64,000 bases of DNA from an uncultured Chitinophagales bacterium (GTDB lineage Bacteria > Bacteroidota > Bacteroidia > Chitinophagales > JADIYW01): assembly GCA_964642875.1 (NCBI GenBank), contig CAZXRF010000003.1, positions 554 to 64,553 on the forward strand, in the 5' to 3' direction. Positions 47,829 to 58,259 of the stretch are shown in pieces (position 1 is the stretch's first letter; every line of letters begins with the position of its first letter). Under the pieces are notes generated by a model. That model did not search any database. It saw nothing but the letters and a program-made list of their open reading frames with translations, and was not told the DNA's origin. The position numbers and the translations under genes were made by a program.

Positions 47829-50800
47829 ATGGTAGTAAGATTGAAGGCGATATCGCTGTCTGTTTTGTTTTTTTATACAGTATTTGTATTTGCTGATAAT
47901 GAGAGTGGAATTTCGACTTCAGTTCATTTGCAATGGTACTCCTCTGGTCCGCGTTTAGATTTTGATAAAGCAGTATTTCCGAATTCATTTTTAGGGCTTC
48001 CAGTTTTTTCTTATGTTTTCGATGCAAATAAAAATACTTCAGTAGAAGTTGCATTATATAATGTGATTTACCAACCCTATCAAGGGCAAGCACTTACCAA
48101 AGAACAATTGAAATTAATAAGTAATCATCCTTTGGTAGAGCAACAAACGGGCATTGATAGAAAAAATAATAAAATTACTGTTTCTGTGTTACCAATTGTA
48201 AATATTAATGGTCAATTACAATTGGTGTCTTCTTTTGATTGGAGTATTATCCCCAAAGCATCTGATTTTTCAGAACGTCAATCGAATGGCAGTGCCAGAA
48301 TATACACTTCTAATTCTATGTTAAATACAGGAAGATGGTATAAATTTGGCGTTCCGCAAGAAGGTGTATATAAATTAGATTATGCTTTTTTGAAAAAATT
48401 AGGACTGTCGGTAGATGCCATTAATCCTGCAAATATTCGTGTGTTTGGCCACCGCGCGGGGATGTTGCCCGAATTAGCTGGTGCTGACAGAGAGGATGAT
48501 ATACGAGAAATTCCGATTAAAGTAGTAAGTGCAACAGGAAATTCATTTGGTGCAAGTGACTATGTTCTGGCATATTTACCAGGACCTGAAAAGTGGACGT
48601 ATAATGCTGCTAAGCAATTATTTGTTGCTCAGAAACATTTTTATAGTGATACTAAAAATTTCTTTATCACTACTGATGCCGGAGCAGGGGCAAGAATAAC
48701 TACTGTAAATTCATCACCATTGCCAGAAACAAAAACAATTACTACTTATAATGATTACACATTTATAGAAGAAGATAAAACCAATATAGCACAATCAGGA
48801 AAGCAGTTTGTAGGAGATGATTTTGGGGGCATTACCGATAAATCATATTCTTTTATTTTTCCTAATATGCTAAGCACACAGCCAGCTAAATTAAATATTG
48901 CAGTGGTAGGGAAATCAAATACGTTTGGTTCTACTTTCACAGTAAGTACAGATAATGGAGCAAACAGCAATTCTATTTTTATCCCTACTGTTCCGGTAAA
49001 TGCAGGTATTGAAGATGTTGCCGTTCGAGTAGAAAGACAAATAACATTGAATAACTTGAATTCTAATTTTAATTTGAATCTTAATTTTAATAGAAACGGC
49101 GATTATAACACAAAAGGGTGGATGGATTTTTTACAAGTAAATGTAATATCAAATTTGCAATACAATAATCAGCCGTTACTCTTTAGAAATATAGCCTCGG
49201 TGAGTAGCGGTGCAGTATCGAAATTTATAATTCAAAATGTAAACCCGAATGTAGAAATCTGGGATGTAACCAATCCATTTTCAATTCAAAAAATAAACTA
49301 TTCGCTTTCTGGGAATACGGCTTCTTTTAATATCGCAACAGATACGCTAAAACAATTTGTGGCTGTAGAAAATTCAACCAATATTCCAATTTCATTTGGC
49401 AGCGTTGCTAATCAAAATCTACATGCTCTATCGCAAAAAGACATGTTGATTATTACTAGAAATTCTTTTTTATCGCAAGCGCAAGAAGTCGCTCAGTTCC
49501 ATCAAAATAAAGACAATATGAGTGTAGCAGTGGTGGACGTAAATCAGATATTTAACGAATTTTCTTCAGGAAATAATGATATTACTGCAGTACGTGATTT
49601 TGTGAAAATGTTCTATGATAGAGCCGGAGGAAACACTAATATTATGCCTAAATATTTATTGTTATTTGGTGATGGATCTTATGATAATAAAAACTTGGGC
49701 GACTATTTATTACCTACGTATGAAAGTTATAAAACGTATGAAACTTTAGAAACTTATGTCTCAGATGATTATTTTGGAATTTTAGATGATAATGAAGGCG
49801 CAGATATCACTAATACTGCGGCCGAATTAGTAGATGTAGCTATAGGTAGAATACCGGCGGATGATGTACAAAAAGCACAAATTGCAGTAGCTAAAATTAA
49901 GTCGTATTATGCCAATTCCGCTTATGGAGATTGGCGAAATCAAGGGGCTTTTATTGCTGATGATGAGGATAATAACATTCATGAAATAGATGCTGATACT
50001 GTTGCTAACCGTTATATAAATGCACAAAAAAAATCAAATATTGATAAAATATATTTAGATGCTTATCAACAACAACCCGGAACTAATGGCGCTACTTATC
50101 CCGCAGTTAATGAGGCGATAAACAGAAAGCTTTTTACAGGTTCATTATTTTTGAATTATGTAGGACATGGCGGTCCTATGGGTTGGGCAAGAGAAAGAGT
50201 ACTCACCTTCGATGATATTAATCAATGGACAAATGCCGAAAAACTGCCTTTGTTTATTACTGCTACATGCGAGTTTGCGCCTTATGATCACGCAGACGAA
50301 TACTCGGCAGGAGAACGCGTTTTATTTAAAGACGGCGGCGGCGGCATTGCATTAGTAGCCACTACACGCTTGGTGTATTCCAATAGAAATAAATTAATGA
50401 ACTTAAATTTCATGCAATCAATGGCAAATGCTTATGTAGTTGAAGACAGGAAGTTGGGCGACATAGTAAGGATTGCAAAAAACTTAACCAATACTGGAGA
50501 TGGTAATAGAAAATTCACACTTCTCGGCGACCCCGCAATCAGATTGGCATTCCCAAAATATAATGTTGTAGCTACTAATATAAACAATAAGCCGTTTTCA
50601 TCTCCGCACGATACTTTAAAAGCGCTGTCTTATATTTCAATTGATGGTGAAGTACAAGATAATAGCAATGCAGTAATGTCTTCTTTTAATGGTATGGCCT
50701 CCGTAATAATTTACGATAAAGCAAAATCTATAAATACTTTAGTAAATGACCCGACATCTTCCAATAATCCGAATGGTAGCGCACCATTTGCATTTACCTT

Positions 50801-51659
50801 ACAGAAAAATACCATTTATAAAGGAAAAGTGTTAGTGAATAACGGAAAGTTTAAAGTCAATTTTTTAGTACCTAAAGATATAGATTACAACTTTGGAAAA
50901 GGGAAATTGAGCTTATATGCAAATAGTGATACCACAGATGCCGCAGGATATACCACAGACATTATTATAGGAGGAGCAAAAGATACCCTGATAACGGATA
51001 CCAAAGGCCCAGATGTTAATTTATTTATGAATGATGATAAATTCGCTTTTGGGGGCATTACCGATGAGTCACCGAAAATATTTTGCAAACTCTATGCTAA
51101 AAATGGAATCAATACTTCGGGAAATGGAGTAGGGCACGATATTACAGCCATTTTAGATAATGATACCCGAAAAGTGTATAATCTGAATGATTTTTATGAA
51201 ACTTCAGTGAATGATATCACCCATGGTACCGTACTTTACCCTTTATCTAAATTAGCAAAAGGCCGACATACTTTAGAAGTAAAGGCTTGGGATGTGTTGA
51301 ATAATTCGGGAGTAGGATATACCGAATTTTTAGTGGAAGAAAAGGCAAATATTGCCTTATATCACGTGCTAAATTACCCTAATCCATTCACTACCAATAC
51401 TCGGTTTATGTTTGAGCATAATAAACCCGGTGTAGCATTAGAAGTGAAAATTGAAATCTTTTCGGTATCTGGAAAAGTAGTAAAAACAATTTTAAGAAAT
51501 ATCAATACAGCTGGTTATCGAGTAGATGACATTACTTGGGATGGATTGGACGATTATGGTGATAAAATCGGAAAAGGAGTGTATATTTACAGAGTAACAT
51601 TAAATGATGATAGTGGAAAAAAAGTAAGCCAATATCAGAAATTAGTATTGCTTAATTAG
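47829..51659 (+). CDS. porU: Type IX secretion system C-terminal signal peptidase/sortase PorU
   Basis: About 1276 aa with a signal peptide, a gingipain(C25)-like His/Cys dyad context (YVGHGGPMGW, FITATCEFAPYD) and a T9SS type-A C-terminal domain (YPNPF...GVYIYRV...). Followed by porV. ATG at 47829 preferred over the TTG at 47817. Confidence 0.85.
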   Translation: MVVRLKAISLSVLFFYTVFVFADNESGISTSVHLQWYSSGPRLDFDKAVFPNSFLGLPVFSYVFDANKNTSVEVALYNVIYQPYQGQALTKEQLKLISNHPLVEQQTGIDRKNNKITVSVLPIVNINGQLQLVSSFDWSIIPKASDFSERQSNGSARIYTSNSMLNTGRWYKFGVPQEGVYKLDYAFLKKLGLSVDAINPANIRVFGHRAGMLPELAGADREDDIREIPIKVVSATGNSFGASDYVLAYLPGPEKWTYNAAKQLFVAQKHFYSDTKNFFITTDAGAGARITTVNSSPLPETKTITTYNDYTFIEEDKTNIAQSGKQFVGDDFGGITDKSYSFIFPNMLSTQPAKLNIAVVGKSNTFGSTFTVSTDNGANSNSIFIPTVPVNAGIEDVAVRVERQITLNNLNSNFNLNLNFNRNGDYNTKGWMDFLQVNVISNLQYNNQPLLFRNIASVSSGAVSKFIIQNVNPNVEIWDVTNPFSIQKINYSLSGNTASFNIATDTLKQFVAVENSTNIPISFGSVANQNLHALSQKDMLIITRNSFLSQAQEVAQFHQNKDNMSVAVVDVNQIFNEFSSGNNDITAVRDFVKMFYDRAGGNTNIMPKYLLLFGDGSYDNKNLGDYLLPTYESYKTYETLETYVSDDYFGILDDNEGADITNTAAELVDVAIGRIPADDVQKAQIAVAKIKSYYANSAYGDWRNQGAFIADDEDNNIHEIDADTVANRYINAQKKSNIDKIYLDAYQQQPGTNGATYPAVNEAINRKLFTGSLFLNYVGHGGPMGWARERVLTFDDINQWTNAEKLPLFITATCEFAPYDHADEYSAGERVLFKDGGGGIALVATTRLVYSNRNKLMNLNFMQSMANAYVVEDRKLGDIVRIAKNLTNTGDGNRKFTLLGDPAIRLAFPKYNVVATNINNKPFSSPHDTLKALSYISIDGEVQDNSNAVMSSFNGMASVIIYDKAKSINTLVNDPTSSNNPNGSAPFAFTLQKNTIYKGKVLVNNGKFKVNFLVPKDIDYNFGKGKLSLYANSDTTDAAGYTTDIIIGGAKDTLITDTKGPDVNLFMNDDKFAFGGITDESPKIFCKLYAKNGINTSGNGVGHDITAILDNDTRKVYNLNDFYETSVNDITHGTVLYPLSKLAKGRHTLEVKAWDVLNNSGVGYTEFLVEEKANIALYHVLNYPNPFTTNTRFMFEHNKPGVALEVKIEIFSVSGKVVKTILRNINTAGYRVDDITWDGLDDYGDKIGKGVYIYRVTLNDDSGKKVSQYQKLVLLN

Positions 51660-51780
51660 AATATTTCAAATAATTTTCGCATTTTAACGTTTTGTTTTTT
51701 TGGGATAAATAATTGTACATTGAATATTGTTACCAATATGAACGTATTTTACACTAAATTTAATTTCTAATCTGTATTGC

Positions 51781-53040
51781 ATGAGGTATATTTTGAGAAC
51801 TAATTTCCTATTTGTTGCATTTGTTTTAGCAAGTTCATATTCTTTATCACTTGCTCAAGGATTTAATAAAGGTGGCATTAATACTGTAAATAGTGCTGTG
51901 CCGTTTTTACGTATTATTCCCGATGCACGCGGAGGTGCGATGGGCGATGTAGGTATTGCAACTTCCGTTGACCCAAATACTTCCTTTTATAATGCCTCTA
52001 AATTGGCATTTTCTCCTAAAAAACTGGGCTTATCTTTATCGTATGCGCCTTGGTTGCGTGCTTTAGGCATTACCGATATTTATATGACACATTTTACAGC
52101 ATTTTATAAAATTTCTAGAAATGACGTTATACATACTTCATTGAAATTTTTCAGTTTAGGGGATATTGATTTTACCGATGCAGCGGGCAATCCAATAGGT
52201 AGCGGTCATCCAAGAGAATTATCTTACGATTTGGGATATTCTCGAAAATTTGGAAAACATTTTGCCTTAGGCGTGGCATTTAGATATATATATTCCAATT
52301 TAGCTTCTGGTCAAAATATTGGTAGCGAACCCATAAGAGCAGGGCATGCATTCGGTGCTGATTTGTCGGGTACATATAATTTAGATATGACTGTTGGGAA
52401 GAAAAAAATGAAAGCCAATTTCATGACTGGATTTGCCGTTACCAATATGGGTACTAAAATTTCGTATGTGCGCAACTCTAGAGAAAAAGATTATATTCCT
52501 TCAAACTTTGGCTTAGGTGTTGGCTTCCGATTACAGCCCAATAAATATCACGAATGGGGTATATATGCAGATTTCAATAAACTTTTAGTGCCTACACCTC
52601 GTCCCGGAATTGATACAACTACTGGAGTGCCTTTTTATAAAGAACAAAATTCTTTTAAGTCTATGTTCACCTCTTTGGGTGATGCACCTGGTGGTTTTAA
52701 AGAAGAAATGCGCGAATGGACAATGGGCATCGGTACTGAGTATTGGTACGACCATATTTTTGCTGCTCGTGCAGGTTATTTCTTAGAAGCTAAAGATAAA
52801 GGAAACCGCCGTTTTGTATCTATGGGTGTGGGCGTAAAATATAGCGTATTTGGGTTAGATTTCTCCTATTTAATACCAACAGGAGGTACTCGCAATCCAT
52901 TAGATAATACTTTCCGTTTTACCTTGAAGTTTGATTTCGCAAAATTAGGTGGAAATAAAACCAACGATGACGGAGTTGACGTAAATGACAAAACAGACAA
53001 AGTAGATAAATCCACTAAAAAACGATTGAAAGGAAAATAA
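51781..53040 (+). CDS. porV: Type IX secretion outer membrane channel/shuttle protein PorV (LptO)
   Basis: Signal peptide, N-terminal VPFLRIIPDARGGAMGDVGIA signature, a beta-barrel pattern of about 14 strands and a position immediately downstream of porU. Confidence 0.8.
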   Translation: MRYILRTNFLFVAFVLASSYSLSLAQGFNKGGINTVNSAVPFLRIIPDARGGAMGDVGIATSVDPNTSFYNASKLAFSPKKLGLSLSYAPWLRALGITDIYMTHFTAFYKISRNDVIHTSLKFFSLGDIDFTDAAGNPIGSGHPRELSYDLGYSRKFGKHFALGVAFRYIYSNLASGQNIGSEPIRAGHAFGADLSGTYNLDMTVGKKKMKANFMTGFAVTNMGTKISYVRNSREKDYIPSNFGLGVGFRLQPNKYHEWGIYADFNKLLVPTPRPGIDTTTGVPFYKEQNSFKSMFTSLGDAPGGFKEEMREWTMGIGTEYWYDHIFAARAGYFLEAKDKGNRRFVSMGVGVKYSVFGLDFSYLIPTGGTRNPLDNTFRFTLKFDFAKLGGNKTNDDGVDVNDKTDKVDKSTKKRLKGK

Positions 53041-53051
53041 GATAAAAAAAG

Positions 53052-53708
53052 CTATCTTAAAAATGGATTGTTTTTTATCTCATCGCCAATGGTTGTGCTT
53101 GGACCATGTCCATTATATATTTCAGTAGGAGTATCCAATACTAATAATTTCGTTTTGATTGATTTTATTAAGGTGTCGTAGTCGCCGCCAGGCAAGTCTG
53201 TTCTGCCTATGCTGCCCAAAAATAGTACATCGCCCACAATTACATACTTTTCTTCTGTATTATGAAAACAAATACTTCCCGGTGAATGCCCTGGTGTAAA
53301 AAGAACACGGAATGAAACATCTGCTAATTGCAAAATTTCGTGTTCTTCAATAAAATAACCAGGCTCTTGCCGTTCAGGTATTTTTGCGCCAAACATACGT
53401 GCGCCTATTTCGGCACGGTGGAGGGTGTCTAATTCTTTTTTGTGAATACCCAACTCCAAATTATATTCGGTTGCAATAAATTTATTGCCATAAATATGGT
53501 CTAAATGGCAATGGGTATTTATTAATTTCACTGGTCGCAATGCATGTTGCTCAATGTATTGTGTCAATCGTTTTTGCTCTTGCAAGGTATAACAGCCAGG
53601 ATCTATTATCCAGCAGTCTTTGTTGGCATGTGATATAATATAAGTGTTTTCCTGAAAAGGGTTAAAACAAAATGTAGCAATAACTGTCTTTATCTTTGCG
53701 TTATCCAT
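53052..53708 (-). CDS. MBL-fold metallo-hydrolase (glyoxalase II-like)
   Basis: 218 aa with the HCHLDH motif and downstream His/Asp ligand pattern (TPGHSPGS, GDVLF, HG). Confidence 0.85.
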   Translation of the reverse strand: MDNAKIKTVIATFCFNPFQENTYIISHANKDCWIIDPGCYTLQEQKRLTQYIEQHALRPVKLINTHCHLDHIYGNKFIATEYNLELGIHKKELDTLHRAEIGARMFGAKIPERQEPGYFIEEHEILQLADVSFRVLFTPGHSPGSICFHNTEEKYVIVGDVLFLGSIGRTDLPGGDYDTLIKSIKTKLLVLDTPTEIYNGHGPSTTIGDEIKNNPFLR

Positions 53709-53777
53709 AAGATTTATTTACTTTGTAAAAGTAGTAAAATAGTAGGTAGTAAACAGTAAATAGTATTGAGATAAAAT

Positions 53778-56700
53778 ATGAACAAAATAGACTTCTGTTT
53801 TTATAAAATTTTGTGCAATAAATTTCGGACTTTACTGAAATCACTTTTTCTTTTCTCCTTTTTTACTTTTAATTTCTCTTTGTTATTTTCTCAAACTACC
53901 CAAGTACAGTTTGGACAAAATCGTGTGCAATATCATCCTTTTGATTGGCAATTCTACAATACGGATAATTTCACTATTTATTTTTATCCCGGTGGGCAAG
54001 AGATAGGCAAATTTGTATGGAATACAGCAGAGGCAAAACTTAAAGAGTTGGATAAGCAAATGGATTTTCATTTTCGATCTCAAATTGATATTTTAGTGTA
54101 TAACAATATTTCCGATTTAGCTCAAACAAATATTGGGTTGGGACAAGAAGACTATAATATTGGGGGGACTACCATTTTGCACGATAATAAAATGTTTTTG
54201 TACTACGATGGAAATCACCGCCATCTGCAACGAGATTTAATGAAAGGTCTTTCGGATTTGTATATCCGACAAATGATGTCGGGCAGCAGCTTTGGTCAGA
54301 AAATACAAAATGCCTTATTTTTAATGTTGCCCAAATGGTATAAAGACGGACTTTCCGCTTACATGGGGGAGGAGTGGAATACTGAATTAGATGCAAGGTT
54401 AAAACAATATCTATTAACAGCAAAAAAATCTGATTTTAATAGATTGGTTGCGATAGACCCTGAGTTTGCAGGTCAATCATTTTGGTACATGATAAGCGCA
54501 TTGTATGGCAAAGATGCTATCCCAAATATATTATATGTTACCAGAATAAATCATAATGTAAATAAAGGATTCACCTATTCTATCAATGTGACGACAGATG
54601 AATTAATGCGCTCGTGGAAAGAGTTTTTTCTTAGCCGATACGAATCTGATAATAAAAATAGAGATAGCCTTGCAGGATGGACAGCCTACAAAATTAAAAA
54701 AAGAAATAAAAATGAAGTTGGTGATTTGAAGGTTTCTTATGATGGAAAATATGCTGCATACGCTGCTTTTGATGGTGGATTTTACAAAGTGTTCTTACAA
54801 GATTTGCAAACTAAAAAAACGAAAAAAATTGCAAAGGGCGGATTTCATTCCGATCAGTATCCATTTGATAAATCATACCCAATTCTTACATGGTCAAAAT
54901 CGGGGCACAAGCTGGCGGTAATTTCTGAAAAAAAAGATATCATCAGATTGCGGCAAGTAGATTTGGACAATAAAACCACCACCAAAAAAAATATTATCAA
55001 ATTTCAAAAAATATACGGTGCTGATTTTACCAACAACCCGAATATATTGGTCTTGTCCGGGCAAAATAAAGGCCAAACCGATTTGTATTTATATAATACT
55101 ACCAATGCCACCACTACGCAATTAAACAATGATATCTACGATGACTTGAATCCTGTATATGTGAATTGGAATGGAAATGATGGAATAATTTTTTCTTCTA
55201 ACAGAACAGAAAATAAGTTGTTTTTAGAAAACATAGATACCATTTTCCCTACCCAAACACTCGATTTGTTTTATTATGATTTAAATAAACGTGGAACAGA
55301 ATTAACTCGTATTACCGAAACTCCATTTGCTAATGAAAAAGCCGCAGGAAGTTACAACGATTCTTATTACTCCTTTTTGAGCGATGAAAATGGAATTGCC
55401 AATCAATATACTGGTACTTTAGATAGTGTTTATGTCGGAAAAGATTCTGTAGAAGTAACATTAAATGATTATACGGATTCCTCCAAAACGATAAAACAAG
55501 AAGTGGACGTATATAAATTAAAAAGTACTACATTTCCATTAACTAATTTTTCTATAGGCGTACAACAACTGAGTGTAGTGCGACAAAATAGTTATTTGTT
55601 TTTTGGAACGAATAGACGAAAATCTTTTCTCTATGCTAAACGTAATTTACAAGAGGAAGACTTAAAAGATAAGCAAGGATTTGACTTGCCTGAAACAGCG
55701 TTTAGGAAATTCCATTCTGAAAATGCCGGTTCGCCGTCTGCAGTAGCTGCAACAGAAAATAAATCTATATCAAAACTAAAGAAAAATATTACTCCAATTG
55801 TTAGTAACACCATTTCCTTAGATAGCCTGTATTTACAGCCTACACGCTATACTTTTGAAACTGATTTTAATACGGTAATCGAATCTCAATTCACAACATC
55901 GTCGAACACTTCAAAAGATACATTGACAACGGCTATACTAACAGATAGTTTAAAAAATACTACTACGGAGGAAGAACCACCACCATTTTTACAAAATACA
56001 CCCGTACCAGTAGCAAGTAAAGAGAATGTAGATAGAATTACCGGAAAAAAAATTAGAATTTTACCTTATCGTGCGCGCTTTACTTCTGATTATGTAGTAA
56101 CGCAATTGGATAATAGTATTTTGACACAAAACTATCAAAGTGTAAAACAAAATTTGGGTAGCTATAATTTCCCAAGTTTAGGCGGAATGATAAACTTTGC
56201 TACCAGCGATTTAATGGAAGACCATAAAATAATCGGGGGCTTCCGTGTGCCATTCGATTTTAAAGGCTTTGAAACCTTTGTAAAATATATAAATCTGAAA
56301 AAAAGAATCGATAAATCGATTTTGTACTATCGTCGTTCTGATAAAATTAATTTCAATGTTTCAGATAGCAGTGGAAATGTACTACCGTTTGTATATACTG
56401 GAAAAACACGTACTAATTTTTTCGAAACAGCATTCAGTTATCCTTTTGATATTACGAAAAGTTTGAGATGGTCCTTCTCTTATAGAAATGAGCATTTAGA
56501 TATAGCCTATACAGATGAATTAAGCCGACAACTAAAAGACGTAAAAGAAAATTGGCTCTCGGCTCGTTTAGAATTTGTACATGACAATTCGAAAGAAATA
56601 CAATTTAATATCTACAATGGATTCCGCTATAAATTGTATGCAGAATTTTTCTATAATGCCAATCAAAAAAAATCAGATATTTTTAATGTGGGATTCGATA

Positions 56701-57296
56701 TAAGACATTATCAAAAAGTATATAGAAATATAATTTGGGCTAACAGATTTGCCGGTGCTACTTCTTTCGGGCATGAAAAAATATTGTATTTTTTAGGTGG
56801 TGTTGATACTTGGATGAACCCAAAATATGCCAATGATATACCAATTGCTAGCAACCAAAATTATGGGCTGCAAGCACCAGTTACCAATATGCGTGGCTTG
56901 CCGCAAAATATCAGAAATGGCAATAATTATTTACTGTGGAATTCAGAATTACGCTTTCCTCTTTTTTCATTTTTTGCAAAGAAACCTTTAAAATCGGCAT
57001 TCTTGAGAGATTTCCAATTGGTAGGTTTCTTTGATGCCGGTATTGCTTATAATTACACCAATCCATTTGACGTAAAAAATACATTAAGCACAGAAGTAGT
57101 TACGCCGCAGCCGAATAATAACCCGATAGTAGTAACTGTAAATTACTATAGAAATCCATTTGTATTTGGCACAGGTGCAGGTTTTAGAACCAATGTATTA
57201 GGCTATTTTATTCGCTTAGATACAGGTTTTGGATATGATGGTTTACAGTTCAACAAAAAACCAATTTGGCATTTTTCATTAAGCAAAGACTTTTAA
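53778..57296 (+). CDS. Large outer membrane protein: degenerate MA-peptidase-like N-domain, TolB/PD40-like repeats, Omp85-type C-terminal barrel
   Basis: 1172 aa with a signal-like N-terminus. LPKWYKDGLSAYMGEEW has no HExxH upstream. PD40-like repeats (DGKYAAYAAFDGGFYKVFLQD; WSKSGHKLAV; DGIIFSSNR). C-terminal surface-antigen-like motifs (MRGLPQN..., ELRFPLF, VGFFDAG). Confidence 0.55.
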   Translation: MNKIDFCFYKILCNKFRTLLKSLFLFSFFTFNFSLLFSQTTQVQFGQNRVQYHPFDWQFYNTDNFTIYFYPGGQEIGKFVWNTAEAKLKELDKQMDFHFRSQIDILVYNNISDLAQTNIGLGQEDYNIGGTTILHDNKMFLYYDGNHRHLQRDLMKGLSDLYIRQMMSGSSFGQKIQNALFLMLPKWYKDGLSAYMGEEWNTELDARLKQYLLTAKKSDFNRLVAIDPEFAGQSFWYMISALYGKDAIPNILYVTRINHNVNKGFTYSINVTTDELMRSWKEFFLSRYESDNKNRDSLAGWTAYKIKKRNKNEVGDLKVSYDGKYAAYAAFDGGFYKVFLQDLQTKKTKKIAKGGFHSDQYPFDKSYPILTWSKSGHKLAVISEKKDIIRLRQVDLDNKTTTKKNIIKFQKIYGADFTNNPNILVLSGQNKGQTDLYLYNTTNATTTQLNNDIYDDLNPVYVNWNGNDGIIFSSNRTENKLFLENIDTIFPTQTLDLFYYDLNKRGTELTRITETPFANEKAAGSYNDSYYSFLSDENGIANQYTGTLDSVYVGKDSVEVTLNDYTDSSKTIKQEVDVYKLKSTTFPLTNFSIGVQQLSVVRQNSYLFFGTNRRKSFLYAKRNLQEEDLKDKQGFDLPETAFRKFHSENAGSPSAVAATENKSISKLKKNITPIVSNTISLDSLYLQPTRYTFETDFNTVIESQFTTSSNTSKDTLTTAILTDSLKNTTTEEEPPPFLQNTPVPVASKENVDRITGKKIRILPYRARFTSDYVVTQLDNSILTQNYQSVKQNLGSYNFPSLGGMINFATSDLMEDHKIIGGFRVPFDFKGFETFVKYINLKKRIDKSILYYRRSDKINFNVSDSSGNVLPFVYTGKTRTNFFETAFSYPFDITKSLRWSFSYRNEHLDIAYTDELSRQLKDVKENWLSARLEFVHDNSKEIQFNIYNGFRYKLYAEFFYNANQKKSDIFNVGFDIRHYQKVYRNIIWANRFAGATSFGHEKILYFLGGVDTWMNPKYANDIPIASNQNYGLQAPVTNMRGLPQNIRNGNNYLLWNSELRFPLFSFFAKKPLKSAFLRDFQLVGFFDAGIAYNYTNPFDVKNTLSTEVVTPQPNNNPIVVTVNYYRNPFVFGTGAGFRTNVLGYFIRLDTGFGYDGLQFNKKPIWHFSLSKDF

Positions 57297-57312
57297 ATTT
57301 CAATAGAATACT

Positions 57313-58185
57313 ATGTTATATTCAATGACCGGTTATGGTAAATCTGCCATTAAGTTGGGCGATAAATCCTATATTATCGAGATAAAAGCGCTGAACAGCA
57401 AATCATTAGATTTAAACTTTAAGGTTGTATCAGATTTGCGTAGCAAAGAAATTGAGCTGCGTAAAATTATAGCTGCACAACTGATTCGTGGAAAGGTAGA
57501 TTTATATTTTCAAGAAGATAAATCGACAGGGCTTTCCGCAAATCTAAATTTTAATTTGATAGAAAATTACTATCAGCAACTCACTCAATTTGCCCACGAT
57601 AAAAATATTTCTACAGGAGATTTGTTGCCCGCAATTTTACGATTTCAAGATGTAAATAAAGCCGAACTTGCAGAATTAAATGAGGCTGATTTTACAGCTT
57701 TGTTAAATGCAATAGAAATAGCATTAAACGGTGTAAATCAGTTCAGGCAAGATGAAGGAAGACAATTAGAAAAAGATTTACTAGAACGGATAAATAATAT
57801 CCAACAATATAAATTAGCACTACTTTCATTTGAAGAAATTCGAGTAAAAAAAGTGAAAGATAAATTACAACAAGAATTAAACAATCATGTGCCTTCAGAG
57901 GCTGTTGATAAGCATCGATTTGAAGAAGAATTAATCTACTATTTAGAAAAAATGGACATCAACGAAGAAAAAGTTCGGTTGGAGTCACACTGCAATTATT
58001 TTATAGAAACTATAGGAGAGCCGCAATTTGAAAAAGGAAAAAAATTGGGATTTATAGCTCAAGAAATCGGAAGAGAGATTAATACTATAGGGTCTAAATC
58101 AAATGATGGAGACATGCAAAAAATAGTAGTGCAGATGAAAGATGAATTAGAGAAAATAAAAGAACAAGTGTTGAATATACTGTAA
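57313..58185 (+). CDS. YicC-family protein
   Basis: 290 aa with N-terminal SMTGYG and a C-terminal GFIAQEIGREINTIGSKS motif typical of YicC/YloC. Confidence 0.85.
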   Translation: MLYSMTGYGKSAIKLGDKSYIIEIKALNSKSLDLNFKVVSDLRSKEIELRKIIAAQLIRGKVDLYFQEDKSTGLSANLNFNLIENYYQQLTQFAHDKNISTGDLLPAILRFQDVNKAELAELNEADFTALLNAIEIALNGVNQFRQDEGRQLEKDLLERINNIQQYKLALLSFEEIRVKKVKDKLQQELNNHVPSEAVDKHRFEEELIYYLEKMDINEEKVRLESHCNYFIETIGEPQFEKGKKLGFIAQEIGREINTIGSKSNDGDMQKIVVQMKDELEKIKEQVLNIL

Positions 58186-58259
58186 GTTTTTTCTGTTTTT
58201 CTTGTAAAATTAATCCTAGAAACAGTAAAATTTTATATGAATTTTACTTATTTTTATGT

